Source of the DNA: Acidimicrobiia bacterium | Lineage (GTDB): Bacteria > Actinomycetota > Acidimicrobiia > Spongiisociales > ZC4RG35 | Direction of reading: 5' to 3' | NCBI GenBank assembly: GCA_041746105.1 | Contig: JBGTHP010000039.1 | Location: forward strand, 34,201 to 98,200 | Length of the DNA stretch: 64,000 nucleotides | Part shown: in pieces, positions 1 through 8,934 of the stretch | Numbering within the stretch: position 1 is the stretch's first letter | Layout: the number at the start of each line of letters is the position of its first letter | Program-made: the position numbers and the translations under genes | The notes under the pieces: model-generated | Databases searched by the model: none | Seen by the model: the letters and a program-made list of their open reading frames with translations, nothing else | What the model was told of the DNA's origin: nothing

Positions 1-1799
1 AGTCGTGACACCGTGTGCTTCTCCATGTACTCGGACATGTCGAGCTGTATCAACGCGTCCTCGTCGCCAAAGAGGAAAGCGGTCAACGCCTTGGCGGTCT
101 CGGTCTTGCCGACACCGGATGGTCCAAGAAAAATGAACGAGCCTGAGGGGCGCTTCGGATCCTTGAGTCCGGCCCTGGTCCGACGAATCGCCTTCGAGAC
201 GGCCACGATGGCGTCGTGCTGGCCGATTATCCGCTCGTGCAGTTCCTCCTCCATCTTGACCAGGCGGGCGGTCTCTTCCTCGGTTAGGCGATGAACCGGG
301 ATACCGGTCCATTGCGCGAGAACCTGGGCGATCTCTTCCTCGTCTATGACCCAAGTCGAGTCCCCACCTTCTTCGATGAGCCTTCTCTCGACAAGTGAGC
401 GGTCAGCTGTCAGGGTCTTTTCTTTGTCCCGCAGCTGGGCGGCCCGCTCGAACTGCTGGGCCTGGACCGCGTCCTGCTTCTGCTGTCGGACGTCGGTCAG
501 TTGCCGATCGATCTCGACAAACTCGGGATTGTTGCCGGAGCGGCTGATCCGCATGCGGCTGCCTGCCTCATCGATGAGGTCGATCGCCTTGTCGGGCAGG
601 AAACGGTCAGACAGGTAGCGGTCGGCGAGATTGGCGGCAGAAACGATGGCCTGTTCCGTGAAACGGACAGAGTGATGCGACTCGTAGCGGTCCTTGAGTC
701 CCAACAAGATCTGAATGGTGTCTGCAATGGACGGTTCCTCGACCTTGACCGGCTGAAAACGCCTCTCGAGGGCAGAGTCCTTTTCGAGATACTTGCGGTA
801 CTCCTCGAGTGTCGTCGCCCCGATCGTCTGCAGCTCGCCGCGAGCCAGCATCGGCTTGAGGATCGAAGCGGCGTCGATCGCACCCTCGGCGGCGCCGGCA
901 CCGACCAAGGTGTGAATCTCATCGATGAAGATGATGACGTCGCCGCGAGTTTTGATCTCCTTCAAGACCTTCTTCAATCGCTCCTCGAAGTCGCCTCGGT
1001 AGCGCGAACCTGCCACGAGGGCACCGAGATCGAGGGTGTAAAGCTTCTTGTTGGTGAGCGTCTCGGGAACATCGCCTGCGACGATGCGCTGGGCAAGACC
1101 TTCTGCGATGGCAGTCTTGCCGACACCGGGCTCGCCGATCAGCACAGGGTTGTTCTTGGTGCGCCGAGAAAGAACCTGCATGACTCGTTCTATCTCACGG
1201 GTGCGGCCGATCACAGGATCGAGCTTGCGCTCACGCGCCGCCTGCGTCAGGTTGCGTCCGAACTGATCGAGGACGGTCGAGCCCTGCCCGCCTGAAGACG
1301 AAGACTCCCTGCCGGAGGATGACGAGGAGGACGAGGACTGCGGGTCGTCGCTCGAGCCACTGCTGGGACTCGAAAGAAGCTGGATGACCGTTTGTCGTAC
1401 TTTTTGCAGCTCCGCGCCCAACTTTTGGAGAACCTGCGCGGCGACACCTTCCCCCTCACGAATGAGGCCGAGAAGGATGTGTTCTGTCCCGATGTAGTTA
1501 TGCCCAAGTTGGAGTGCTTCTCGCAGCGACAGTTCGAGGACCTTCTTCGCCCTGGGGGTGAAAGGAATGTGGCCCGTCGGAGCGGTCTGGCCTTGACCGA
1601 TGATCTCGACGACCTGCTCACGCACTCCGCTGAGACTTATCCCGAGACTCTCGAGCGCCTTGGCGGCCAAACCTTCGCCCTCGTTGAGGAGACCGAGGAG
1701 TATGTGCTCGGTTCCGATGTAGTTGTGGTTGAGAAGTCGGGCTTCTTCTTGGGCGAGCACTACGACTCGTCGGGCCCGATCGGTGAACCGTTCAAACAA
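1..1799 (-). CDS. clpC: ATP-dependent Clp protease ATP-binding subunit ClpC, N-terminal ~600 aa. The C-terminus runs off the left edge. Probable TTG start at 1799 giving [21 protein letters not shown].
   Basis: The reverse complement of 1741-1800 translates to [19 protein letters not shown] (ClpC N-domain). The reverse complement of ~900-945 gives [15 protein letters not shown] (Walker B). The + strand ORFs 13..294 and 501..1295 are antisense images of Walker A/B. No stop lies inside the window, so the gene is absent from the ORF track. Confidence 0.85.
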   Translation of the reverse strand, partial: MFERFTDRARRVVVLAQEEARLLNHNYIGTEHILLGLLNEGEGLAAKALESLGISLSGVREQVVEIIGQGQTAPTGHIPFTPRAKKVLELSLREALQLGHNYIGTEHILLGLIREGEGVAAQVLQKLGAELQKVRQTVIQLLSSPSSGSSDDPQSSSSSSSSGRESSSSGGQGSTVLDQFGRNLTQAARERKLDPVIGRTREIERVMQVLSRRTKNNPVLIGEPGVGKTAIAEGLAQRIVAGDVPETLTNKKLYTLDLGALVAGSRYRGDFEERLKKVLKEIKTRGDVIIFIDEIHTLVGAGAAEGAIDAASILKPMLARGELQTIGATTLEEYRKYLEKDSALERRFQPVKVEEPSIADTIQILLGLKDRYESHHSVRFTEQAIVSAANLADRYLSDRFLPDKAIDLIDEAGSRMRISRSGNNPEFVEIDRQLTDVRQQKQDAVQAQQFERAAQLRDKEKTLTADRSLVERRLIEEGGDSTWVIDEEEIAQVLAQWTGIPVHRLTEEETARLVKMEEELHERIIGQHDAIVAVSKAIRRTRAGLKDPKRPSGSFIFLGPSGVGKTETAKALTAFLFGDEDALIQLDMSEYMEKHTVSR

Positions 1800-1963
1800 G
1801 GCCAACGCCTCCTCGTGGGAAAAACTCGCTCGGTAAGAACTATACCGAACCGTGGGTTCAACCATTCGAACCCCCTCACCTTCCTCACATCGGCACAGGA
1901 ACGGGCTCGCTGAAGTGGTTGGATCGAGTTCGCGCATTCCCTTCCTGCGGGTAGCCTTGGATC

Positions 1964-2953
1964 ATGGCCGATCTGGCGGAACTGGTACCCATCCCCCGAG
2001 TGTGGGAACGAATGGAGCGCGTCGAACAGCGCCTGTTCGAGGCGACCACGTCAGGCGACGAACGGCTGACCGAGATCTCACAACATCTTCTCAACGCGGG
2101 CGGAAAGAGATACCGGCCGGTGCTTGCCCTCCTCGCCGCCGAGCTGGGCCCGAGTCCGGAACACCACCCGGTCGAAGCGGCAGTAGCGGTGGAACTGATC
2201 CATGTCGGGAGCCTCTATCACGACGACGTGATCGACGAGGCGGACACCCGTCGCGGTGCGGCCAGCGCCAACATCAACTGGACCAACACGGTCGCGATCC
2301 TGGCCGGTGACTTCCTCATGGCTCGCGCCTCGGAGACGGCGGCAACCCACCTCAGCCAAGAATCGGTCAGGCTTCTGGCAGCAACCTATGCCGAGTTGGT
2401 CGAAGGCCAGACCCGCGAACTCGGACTCGACTACGACCTCGACCACTCGGTGGGCGCCTACGAACACGTCATCTATCAAAAAACCGCCAGCCTGATTCGG
2501 ACCTCCGCCCGGCTGGGGGCGATTGCGGCCGGGGCTTCCGATCCAACGGTCGAAGCCGTGAGTACCTGGGCGGCAGAGGTGGGGATGGTGTTCCAACTCG
2601 CCGACGATGTCCTCGACCTCATCGCAACCTCGGACGTGCTCGGGAAACCCGCTGGATCGGACATCAGGGAAGGCAAATTCACCCTGCCCGTCCTGCTGGC
2701 GCTGGCAGGCCCGGAAAGCGAACGCGTGAGAAAGCTCCTCAAAGAGCCCATCCCCTACCGCGACGCCGCGGTCGATGAGGTCATCGAGATCGTACGCGGC
2801 GGCGGGTATTCGGGTGGCGCCTTGGCCGCCGCCCGTCAGCGGCTCGAAGTGGCTCGAAGCGCGATCGCCGGATTGGGAACACCCGAGGTGAGAGCCGTTT
2901 TTGAGCGAGTTGGATCGTATCTGGTTGACCGAGTCGAAGCGCTCGAATCCTGA
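1964..2953 (+). CDS. trans-polyprenyl diphosphate synthase (GGPP/heptaprenyl-type, IdsA family)
   Basis: 329 aa. First aspartate-rich motif is LYHDDVIDEADTRRG and second is FQLADDVLD. KRYRP and GKPAGSDIREGKFTLP are conserved. Confidence 0.85.
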   Translation: MADLAELVPIPRVWERMERVEQRLFEATTSGDERLTEISQHLLNAGGKRYRPVLALLAAELGPSPEHHPVEAAVAVELIHVGSLYHDDVIDEADTRRGAASANINWTNTVAILAGDFLMARASETAATHLSQESVRLLAATYAELVEGQTRELGLDYDLDHSVGAYEHVIYQKTASLIRTSARLGAIAAGASDPTVEAVSTWAAEVGMVFQLADDVLDLIATSDVLGKPAGSDIREGKFTLPVLLALAGPESERVRKLLKEPIPYRDAAVDEVIEIVRGGGYSGGALAAARQRLEVARSAIAGLGTPEVRAVFERVGSYLVDRVEALES

Positions 2954-2996
2954 GAAACAACTCCAGTCAGAGGGTTGAGGGGCCGAAACCCTCAGC

Positions 2997-4439
2997 ATGG
3001 ACCTTCAGTCCTTCTTCAGAGATGCAGTAGCCGCACAAATCAAGGAACTCGAGGTCGCGATCGACCTTCCTCCCGATGCTCCCGAGGTTGCCAACGCCCG
3101 GCGCGTAGCGCATTCGCTCAAAGGTTCCGGCACCACGTATGGATACCCGGAGATATCGCAGGCGGCCGCCGTCACCGAACAAGCCTCAGATGCCAGTTTC
3201 AGCAAGTCGGTGGAGTCGCTGATCGAGGTGTTGACCAAAGCGATCGAAACGGACTCCAAGGTGGCGGTGCTCGTGGTCGACGACGATCCGGTTTTCGGCG
3301 AGATGCTGGTGGCCAAGTTGTCGAGTCCCCTCCTCAGGGTTGAACACGTCGGCTCGCGGGCCGAGGCCGAATCCCATCTGGACAATTCCCAGCCACAGGT
3401 GATCGTGCTGGACCTCTTCCTTCCCGACGGAGATGGCCGCGATCTCCTCGCCCAACTGGTCCAATCCCGTCCCGGTCTCACTGTCATCGCCACCAGTGCC
3501 ACGGACTCGAACGAGCTCCGGGATGCGGTCATGGCCGCCGGCGCCACTGCGTTTCTCACCAAACCGGTGAACATCAGGGCCCTCACCGATCTCGTCGAAC
3601 AGCTTCTCCGCCAGCGGGCAGAGGGACGCCACACCCGCGACCCGCTCATCGAGGTCTATGACGACCTTCGACGGACCGCTCCGACCGTGACCGTCGCATC
3701 AATCGTCCCCGAATTGCACGGGCCGGGCGGGCTCGATCGGCGCAACGACTCCAGTGTTCTCGACGACATGGTCAACGCCCTCGACGAACTGTTGCCGCCC
3801 GACATCGCAATCGGAAGGTGGTCGCCCACCGAACTGATCGGATTCACCGATGGAACGTCCCAAGAACTCCTCGAGACTCTCGATCGGGCTCGGCTCCGGC
3901 TGAGGAACCGGCTACAGCAGCCGGACGGTTCCGTCGCAACCTTCTCCGCCGGGGTTGCGCCCGGCAGCTCGAGCCTGCTCGATTCGTACGGACACGCCCG
4001 GGAGGCCGCCAGTGCGGCCGCGGCCGGCGGCGGCGACAGAGTTGTTCTCGCCAGCTCCACGGGCAGGGCCAACACCGTCCTCCTCGCGGAAGACGATCCA
4101 CTGACCGCGGCACTGGTGGTCCACCGTCTCGAGCGAGAAAGCCTCGACGTCACACACTGCACCGATGGCCTCACCGCCATCGAAATCGCATCCCAGCGAG
4201 AGTTCGGACTGATCATTCTCGACATCCAAATGCCGGGTCTCGACGGTTTCGGGGTGCTGGCGGAGCTCAGACAACGACCGGCCTATTTGGAGACTCCCAT
4301 CATCATCCTGACGGCGGTCGGCAGCGAACGTGATGTCGTGCGCGGTTTCGAACTCGGGTGTGACGACTATGTGCTCAAGCCTTTCAGCCCGGCCGAACTG
4401 ACGGCCAGGCTCAGGCGATTCACCAGGAAGGCCGTATGA
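2997..4439 (+). CDS. hybrid signalling protein: HPt - REC - degenerate GGDEF - REC
   Basis: 480 aa. N-terminal HPt motif AHSLKGSGTTYG. REC1 has VLVVDDDP...VLDLFLPDGDG...TKP. The middle domain aligns to GGDEF but carries RWSPTELIGF where RYGGEEF is expected, and keeps the C-terminal VATFSAGVA...GGGDRVV signature. REC2 has VLLAEDDP...ILDIQMPGLDG...KPF. Confidence 0.7.
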   Translation: MDLQSFFRDAVAAQIKELEVAIDLPPDAPEVANARRVAHSLKGSGTTYGYPEISQAAAVTEQASDASFSKSVESLIEVLTKAIETDSKVAVLVVDDDPVFGEMLVAKLSSPLLRVEHVGSRAEAESHLDNSQPQVIVLDLFLPDGDGRDLLAQLVQSRPGLTVIATSATDSNELRDAVMAAGATAFLTKPVNIRALTDLVEQLLRQRAEGRHTRDPLIEVYDDLRRTAPTVTVASIVPELHGPGGLDRRNDSSVLDDMVNALDELLPPDIAIGRWSPTELIGFTDGTSQELLETLDRARLRLRNRLQQPDGSVATFSAGVAPGSSSLLDSYGHAREAASAAAAGGGDRVVLASSTGRANTVLLAEDDPLTAALVVHRLERESLDVTHCTDGLTAIEIASQREFGLIILDIQMPGLDGFGVLAELRQRPAYLETPIIILTAVGSERDVVRGFELGCDDYVLKPFSPAELTARLRRFTRKAV

Positions 4440-4813
4440 AGTTCCTCTTCTGCGACGACGACCCCGTGATTCGGTACCTCCTCGAAATCCTTCTGGCAAA
4501 GCGGGGAGGCCACGAGGTAGTCCCGGTAGCCGACCCGTTCAAAGTTGTCGCCAATGCGATCGCCAGCGAACCCGACATGATCCTCCTCGATTACGTGATG
4601 CCTGGCATGACAGGACTGCAGGTCGTAGAGAGCCTGAGGGCGCACGATGAGACATCCAACACACCGGTTGTGTTTCTCACCGGCCGCTCCGACATCGCCG
4701 ATGGGCCGTCGCTCGATGCTTTGGGAGTCATGGGCGTCATCGAAAAACCCTTTGACACCGCCACCTTCATCGACCGCCTGATCGCCATGGCCGGTCGCGC
4801 CGCCACTCGCTGA
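4436..4813 (+). CDS. single-domain response regulator (CheY-like receiver)
   Basis: 125 aa. FLFCDDDP, LLDYVMPGMTG and EKPF motifs. Start overlaps the upstream stop (ATGA). Confidence 0.8.
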   Translation: MKFLFCDDDPVIRYLLEILLAKRGGHEVVPVADPFKVVANAIASEPDMILLDYVMPGMTGLQVVESLRAHDETSNTPVVFLTGRSDIADGPSLDALGVMGVIEKPFDTATFIDRLIAMAGRAATR

Positions 4814-4872
4814 TCTCCTTCATCCGAAGCGGATTACGCCGACAGGGTTGGTGACCACCAACTGGAGCACAT

Positions 4873-5520
4873 GTGGCAGGGTCCGCCCTGGTTGAAGCCA
4901 AGACGAGTCGCAACGGGAGCTACCATGCCGGTTCTGCGCGTGCGAGCTCGCTCAGTCGCCACGACTATCGGACTCCGTCGAAATTCACGGCGGCATTCGT
5001 CAGGGAATTCGACGACTTCCACAAAGAATTCATGGCAGTGCTGTCACAGCGCTACACCCGCGAACTCAAATCGCAGATAACTATCGAGCACCTCAGCACC
5101 GAGCAGCTCACGTATGACGCCTACGTCCGCTCCATGCCCAATCCAAGCCTTCTCAACATCTTCGAGTTGGCCCCGCTTCCAGGTCGCGTCGTCTTCGAGA
5201 TGAGCCCCCAACTCGGGTTGGTTCTGGTCGATCGCCTCTTGGGTGGCCGCCCTGGCCGACCGGTCTCGCCGCGACCGCCGACCGTTCTCGAACAGACTCT
5301 GCTGACCACTCTCACCACCCACCCGATGGCAGCTTTCCAGGCCGCCCTCAGCCTGTTGGTCGACGTCGACCCACAGTTGGTACACACCGAGTTGAATCCT
5401 CAGTTCGCCCACGCCGCCATTGGCGGCCCTGGCACGTTTTCCGGGAGCCGTGTCATCTGTCTCCTCAACGCCCTCGTATTGGGTGCCGAAGAAGCCACGC
5501 ATCGCCATGAGCGCCTCTGA
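4873..5520 (+). CDS. fliM: flagellar motor switch protein FliM, N-terminal and middle (CheC-like) domains only. The C-terminal FliN/SpoA domain is missing.
   Basis: YDAYVRSMPNPSLLNIFELAPLPGRVVFEMSPQLGLVLVDRLLGG aligns with the E. coli FliM segment YHEFARNLPVPTNLNLIHLKPLRGTGLVVFSPSLVFIAVDNLFGG. The ORF stops at 5520 where a complete FliM would carry ~90 more residues. The 3' end overlaps the fliA region 4 on the opposite strand. Confidence 0.65.
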   Translation: MAGSALVEAKTSRNGSYHAGSARASSLSRHDYRTPSKFTAAFVREFDDFHKEFMAVLSQRYTRELKSQITIEHLSTEQLTYDAYVRSMPNPSLLNIFELAPLPGRVVFEMSPQLGLVLVDRLLGGRPGRPVSPRPPTVLEQTLLTTLTTHPMAAFQAALSLLVDVDPQLVHTELNPQFAHAAIGGPGTFSGSRVICLLNALVLGAEEATHRHERL

Positions 5521-6184
5521 ACGGATCTGGGAGACCCTGGCCTCGGTGAGTCCGAGATCGCCCGCAATGTCTTGAAGGAGTTCCCCTTCGAGGTAGTACC
5601 GAGAGATGACTTCGGCCTGGACCGCCGGCAGATTGCGAATCGCCTCTACCAATGTGCCTCGCATCTCGCGCTGCTCAAGGGCGAACTCCGCAAGAAAATC
5701 CGCACGCTGCTCTTCGACCCGGTCGACGAGAGGGGAATCCTCGCCCTCGCTCTGCTGGTCCAGATGAAGCAGGGTCGAAGTAGTTGCCTGAGCCTGACGC
5801 CTGCTCAGTTCGGCGATGCTGATTCCGAGGAAAGATGCAAAGTTCTTCTGCAACCGGGGTCTTGCCATGCTGCTCTTCCAGACCGGACTGGGCCTGCTGG
5901 ATGTCACGAATATTGCGCCGGACCGAACGGCTCGCCCAATCTCGGGTCCTCGTGCTGTCGATGATGGCGCCGCGAATACGAATTGCGGCGTGCCGTGCAA
6001 AAGGGATGCCGGACTCCGGATCAAAGCGACGGCTGGCCTCGACCAAGCCGAGAGCGCCTGCGTTCCACAACTCGGCTCGGTCCACGTGACGTGGATAACG
6101 GGCCGAGACCTCGGCGACAATGTGGCCGACGAGATCCATGTTGTCGGTCACAAGCTGATTCTGTTGGTGGCTTGTGAGGCTCAT
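5461..6184 (-). pseudogene. fliA: flagellar sigma factor FliA/WhiG (sigma-28 class). A 1-nt indel at ~5838-5840 splits regions 2 and 3-4, and there is no in-frame stop after region 4.
   Basis: Frame A (ORF 5675..6184) carries region 2, LVGHIVAEVSARYP...ELWNAGALGLVEASRRFDPESGIPFARHAAIRIRGAIIDSTRTRDW. The frame of ORF 5044..6120 carries regions 3-4, LGISIAELS...LPAVQAEVISRYYLEGELLQDIAGDLGLTEARVSQIRSEALMAMRG. The join occurs at GAAGAACTT-T-GCATC, where one extra T in a T3 run breaks EEL/ASFLGI. The region-4 frame then stays open to 5044, fully antisense to fliM. Confidence 0.7.
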
Positions 6185-6389
6185 GTTTCCCTACTCCTAC
6201 GATGCGGTTTCGATTCGCTGTGGTAATCGGGAAACCGGCGATCAATCCTTGAGGACCATTTAGAAATAGTCATTGGGTTGTCGGGGGAAACGCTTAACCA
6301 CCCTTTCGACGGGCCGACCACGCCGGCCGCGGTGCACGATCTACCAATTCACGACTTGACCGAAGCCGATTGGGGCGGACAGGAGAATC

Positions 6390-6833
6390 GTGACCATCAC
6401 ACACAATGCTCTCGCCGCACCCACGATCGACAAGCTGGTGGCTTTGCTCAACGGCGAAAGAAAAGTCCTCGAGCAACTGCTTTTCAGGATCACCGAATTC
6501 GAGTTGTTGCTGGCCGGCGCAGAACACCGGTTTGTCGCGAAGTCGCTCGACGAAATCGACCACGCCGAGAACGATCTCGCCATGTATGAGTTGAGCAGGG
6601 CGATTGTGGTCGAGACGCTGTTGCCACCCAACGTCCCACCAACGGCTACATCCCTCTTGGACATCTGTGCCGATCACCCCCAGTTGATCCGGGCGCTCGA
6701 TGACCTCAAAAGACTCGTTGCCGCCATCGAGCACGGACGCGAGCGGTGTCGCCGGCTCTCGCAGGAAAGAGTGGAAAAAGTCGGCACGGCCGAGCGCCGC
6801 CTCCAGCATCAGGGATTCGGCCCCTACGGCTGA
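6390..6833 (+). CDS. FlgN-like flagellar export chaperone family protein, paralog of the gene at 11193..11705
   Basis: 147 aa with GTG start and an AGGAGA Shine-Dalgarno. Shares the [12 protein letters not shown] motif (compare ERRLLEQLLFKL in the second copy). Helical and acidic. Divergently placed from fliA. Confidence 0.4.
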   Translation: MTITHNALAAPTIDKLVALLNGERKVLEQLLFRITEFELLLAGAEHRFVAKSLDEIDHAENDLAMYELSRAIVVETLLPPNVPPTATSLLDICADHPQLIRALDDLKRLVAAIEHGRERCRRLSQERVEKVGTAERRLQHQGFGPYG

Positions 6834-7072
6834 TTGGCGTCACGACGTCTGAGGACCATCCCTCTGATCGCCTCCGCCCCGTCCACCGCATCTACCACCG
6901 CGGCCTGGTTTTCAGCAGTCACCTGTCGATAAATCTCGGCGCGATGAACCGCCAGAGAACGCGGTGCATCGATCCCAATTCGGATCTGACCACCACGAAC
7001 CTCGAGCACCGTGACCACGACGTCGTTACCGATGACGATGGCCTCGCCGACCTTCCGTGTCAATACGAGCAT
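6824..7072 (-). CDS. csrA: carbon storage regulator / translational repressor CsrA
   Basis: [54 protein letters not shown] start at 7070-7072, internal to the longer ORF 6824..7279. Confidence 0.9.
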   Translation of the reverse strand: MLVLTRKVGEAIVIGNDVVVTVLEVRGGQIRIGIDAPRSLAVHRAEIYRQVTAENQAAVVDAVDGAEAIRGMVLRRRDANQP

Positions 7073-7161
7073 CCGGCAACGATACATGGAGGACAGGGCC
7101 CCCCGGCGGATAACGTTGGACCGATCAAACCGGCAACGGTTACGCGAGAGTTGGCGAACAG

Positions 7162-8301
7162 CTACATATCGGTTTCGGTGACAGTGGATGCGACTCGGGG
7201 GTCGATGCCGAAAATGTGGACGAGGTCGGCCGGTTCTCGGATCGGGCCCGTTGGAAGATGTCGCGAGTCCCAGGCGCATGCCGCCGCAATCAGCTGCGCC
7301 TCAGGAGTGCTGGCCCGGCCCATGTAGCCGGATTCGCGCAGTAGCGGACTGTCGGCGATGCCGCGTTGCCTCGGCAGAGTGGCCACCATCCTGACGAGTT
7401 CATCGTTGTGATTCACTCCGCTGCACCGGAACTCGGTACCGCCGAAAGTGAGCGAATGCAACCACGACGCGGCCTCAAGGCGCGACCGGTCCTTTTCCGG
7501 GAGGTGAATCGAGTGTTGACGCACGATCTCCACCATCCGTTCGGTGTGACCGGGGTTTCGCCCATCTCGCTCGGCCGAGATGATCCTGGCCTGCGCTTCG
7601 AGTTGGAGGGCGGCCCCGTGTTCCCGAAACCACGACCTGATCGCTTCTGTGTAGAGCGCTGCTGCCGCTATCGCTGGCAGGAGAGCCCACGAGGTGGTTG
7701 CGGGCACTGCCCATGCGAATGCAACCGCACCAGCGGATACGCCGATATCGCGGACCTGAGCCTTCCAGTAGTCGGCGCCTCCGGGCCAACGGTCATAGAG
7801 CAACCTCACGGAGATGGCGGCGAGCGGATAGTTGACCAGGACGCCGATCGCAGTCACTGCGGCCGCTCCCATCAGAACCAGCACCAGGTTTTTTGCGACC
7901 ACATCGACGGTCGGGGCGGCAGATATCAGTGCACCAACCACCAGCCATCGCGTCGACAGAATCCCATCGTTGAGAGCACAGAGCCTCCAGCCCTGCCGCC
8001 TGACCGCGGCCCACGCGATCAGTTTGGCCTGTATGACCAGCACGATCGGCGCCAACGGTCCGGCGACGAAACCGGTCGCCATCATGATCGGCGTGGAAGG
8101 GTCCAAAACAAATCGGTTCGGCTCCCTGACCATCAACAGCGACGACCCGACAGCCACCAACGTCAATCCGATGATTGCAAAAAACGTCGCAGGAGAAGGG
8201 ACCACAACCGAGATCGATCCGCCAATACCAGCGGCGACACCGCTGAATAACACGCCCAAAAGCGCGAACACAACGGGCCGCCGCTCAGTCGATGCGGTCA
8301 T
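7162..8301 (-). CDS. polytopic membrane protein (~7 TM) with a C-terminal degenerate HD/HD-GYP-like domain (7TMR-HD-like)
   Basis: 379 aa. Hydrophobic N-terminal ~270 aa. The C-terminal segment [35 protein letters not shown] resembles H-x-ERV...AALLHDIGK of HD domains but has HS instead of HD. Lies between fliW and csrA. Confidence 0.5.
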   Translation of the reverse strand: MTASTERRPVVFALLGVLFSGVAAGIGGSISVVVPSPATFFAIIGLTLVAVGSSLLMVREPNRFVLDPSTPIMMATGFVAGPLAPIVLVIQAKLIAWAAVRRQGWRLCALNDGILSTRWLVVGALISAAPTVDVVAKNLVLVLMGAAAVTAIGVLVNYPLAAISVRLLYDRWPGGADYWKAQVRDIGVSAGAVAFAWAVPATTSWALLPAIAAAALYTEAIRSWFREHGAALQLEAQARIISAERDGRNPGHTERMVEIVRQHSIHLPEKDRSRLEAASWLHSLTFGGTEFRCSGVNHNDELVRMVATLPRQRGIADSPLLRESGYMGRASTPEAQLIAAACAWDSRHLPTGPIREPADLVHIFGIDPRVASTVTETDM

Positions 8302-8464
8302 ATGACCGATTCATCGGCATTTTCGTCCCGGATACTTGAGTCGGGCGATCGTTCATCCGACGCGGGTGTTGCGCACGATGACTCCCTTCTCACGATCGTC
8401 TGCCGCCCAGGACATCCCGCCTTGGGGTCATCAGACTGTAAGACGCATCGGCGTGCACGCGCGG

Positions 8465-8488
8465 GAAATCCGATTGCCGGATTTCGCA
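8465..8488. repeat. perfect 8-bp inverted repeat GAAATCCG-ATTGC-CGGATTTC in the fliW / 7TM-HD intergenic region
   Basis: Read directly from the sequence. Followed by the palindromic CGGCCGGCC and GGCCTGgtctcAGGCC. Confidence 0.3.
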
Positions 8489-8517
8489 CTCACGGCCGGC
8501 CTGGTCTCAGGCCGACG

Positions 8518-8934
8518 TCAACCGACGGGAATCTCTGCTCTGAGAGGGTATTCCTGGTTCGTGAGAACGATCTGGCGGCCCTTGCGAGTATGGGCGTTGA
8601 CTATGAACGGACCGAGCAAGTTCATGAAAGGGGTTGCGCCCTCAAACGAGATCGAACAGAACACCAAAGCATCTTCTGCGGCGGTGAGCTCCAGGCCCGC
8701 TTGTTCCAGGTCGGACAATTCCGGGGCGTAGTCCGGAAAAAACAGCCAGGGCACTGCAACGACCATGGCCACGTCGGGGTCGTCCATATCATGGAAGATC
8801 TGAAACTCGCCGGTCTCCACCAGATCGGTGAGTGCAAAATTGCGTGCATCAGGAAAGCCGGGAACGCCTTCGTCAAAAATCAGCACATCGCTCATTGGAG
8901 CGGCCAGGCTAGCGTCCGCTTCTGCTTCGATCAT
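8518..8934 (-). CDS. fliW: flagellar assembly factor FliW (CsrA antagonist)
   Basis: MIEAEAD...MSDVLIFDEGVPGFPDARNFAL...QIFHDMDDPDVAMVVAVPWLFFPDYAPELSDLEQAGLELTAAEDALVFCSISF...LTNQEYPLRAEI match FliW. The ATG at 8932-8934 overlaps the flgL stop. Confidence 0.85.
   Translation of the reverse strand: MIEAEADASLAAPMSDVLIFDEGVPGFPDARNFALTDLVETGEFQIFHDMDDPDVAMVVAVPWLFFPDYAPELSDLEQAGLELTAAEDALVFCSISFEGATPFMNLLGPFIVNAHTRKGRQIVLTNQEYPLRAEIPVG

Noticed and set aside
501-1295. 264-aa + strand ORF inside the clpC region
   Set aside because: It is the antisense image of ClpC: [10 protein letters not shown] mirrors IIFIDEIH and VLPTPDGP mirrors GPSGVGKTE. Long spurious antisense ORFs are expected at this GC content.
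5572-5964. 130-aa + ORF as the missing FliM C-terminal (FliN-like) domain
   Set aside because: No SpoA/FliN signature, and it is antisense to the well-conserved fliA region 2.
5044-6120. 358-aa minus-strand ORF taken as a single gene
   Set aside because: Its first ~95 codons are junk and its last ~150 codons are antisense to fliM. Only the central part (sigma regions 3-4) is real, and it is interpreted as part of a frameshifted fliA.
6185-6389. Sigma-28-type promoter (TAAA-N15-GCCGATAA) upstream of the flgN-like gene
   Set aside because: Only a partial -10-like GCCGATTG is present, with no matching -35 at the right spacing.
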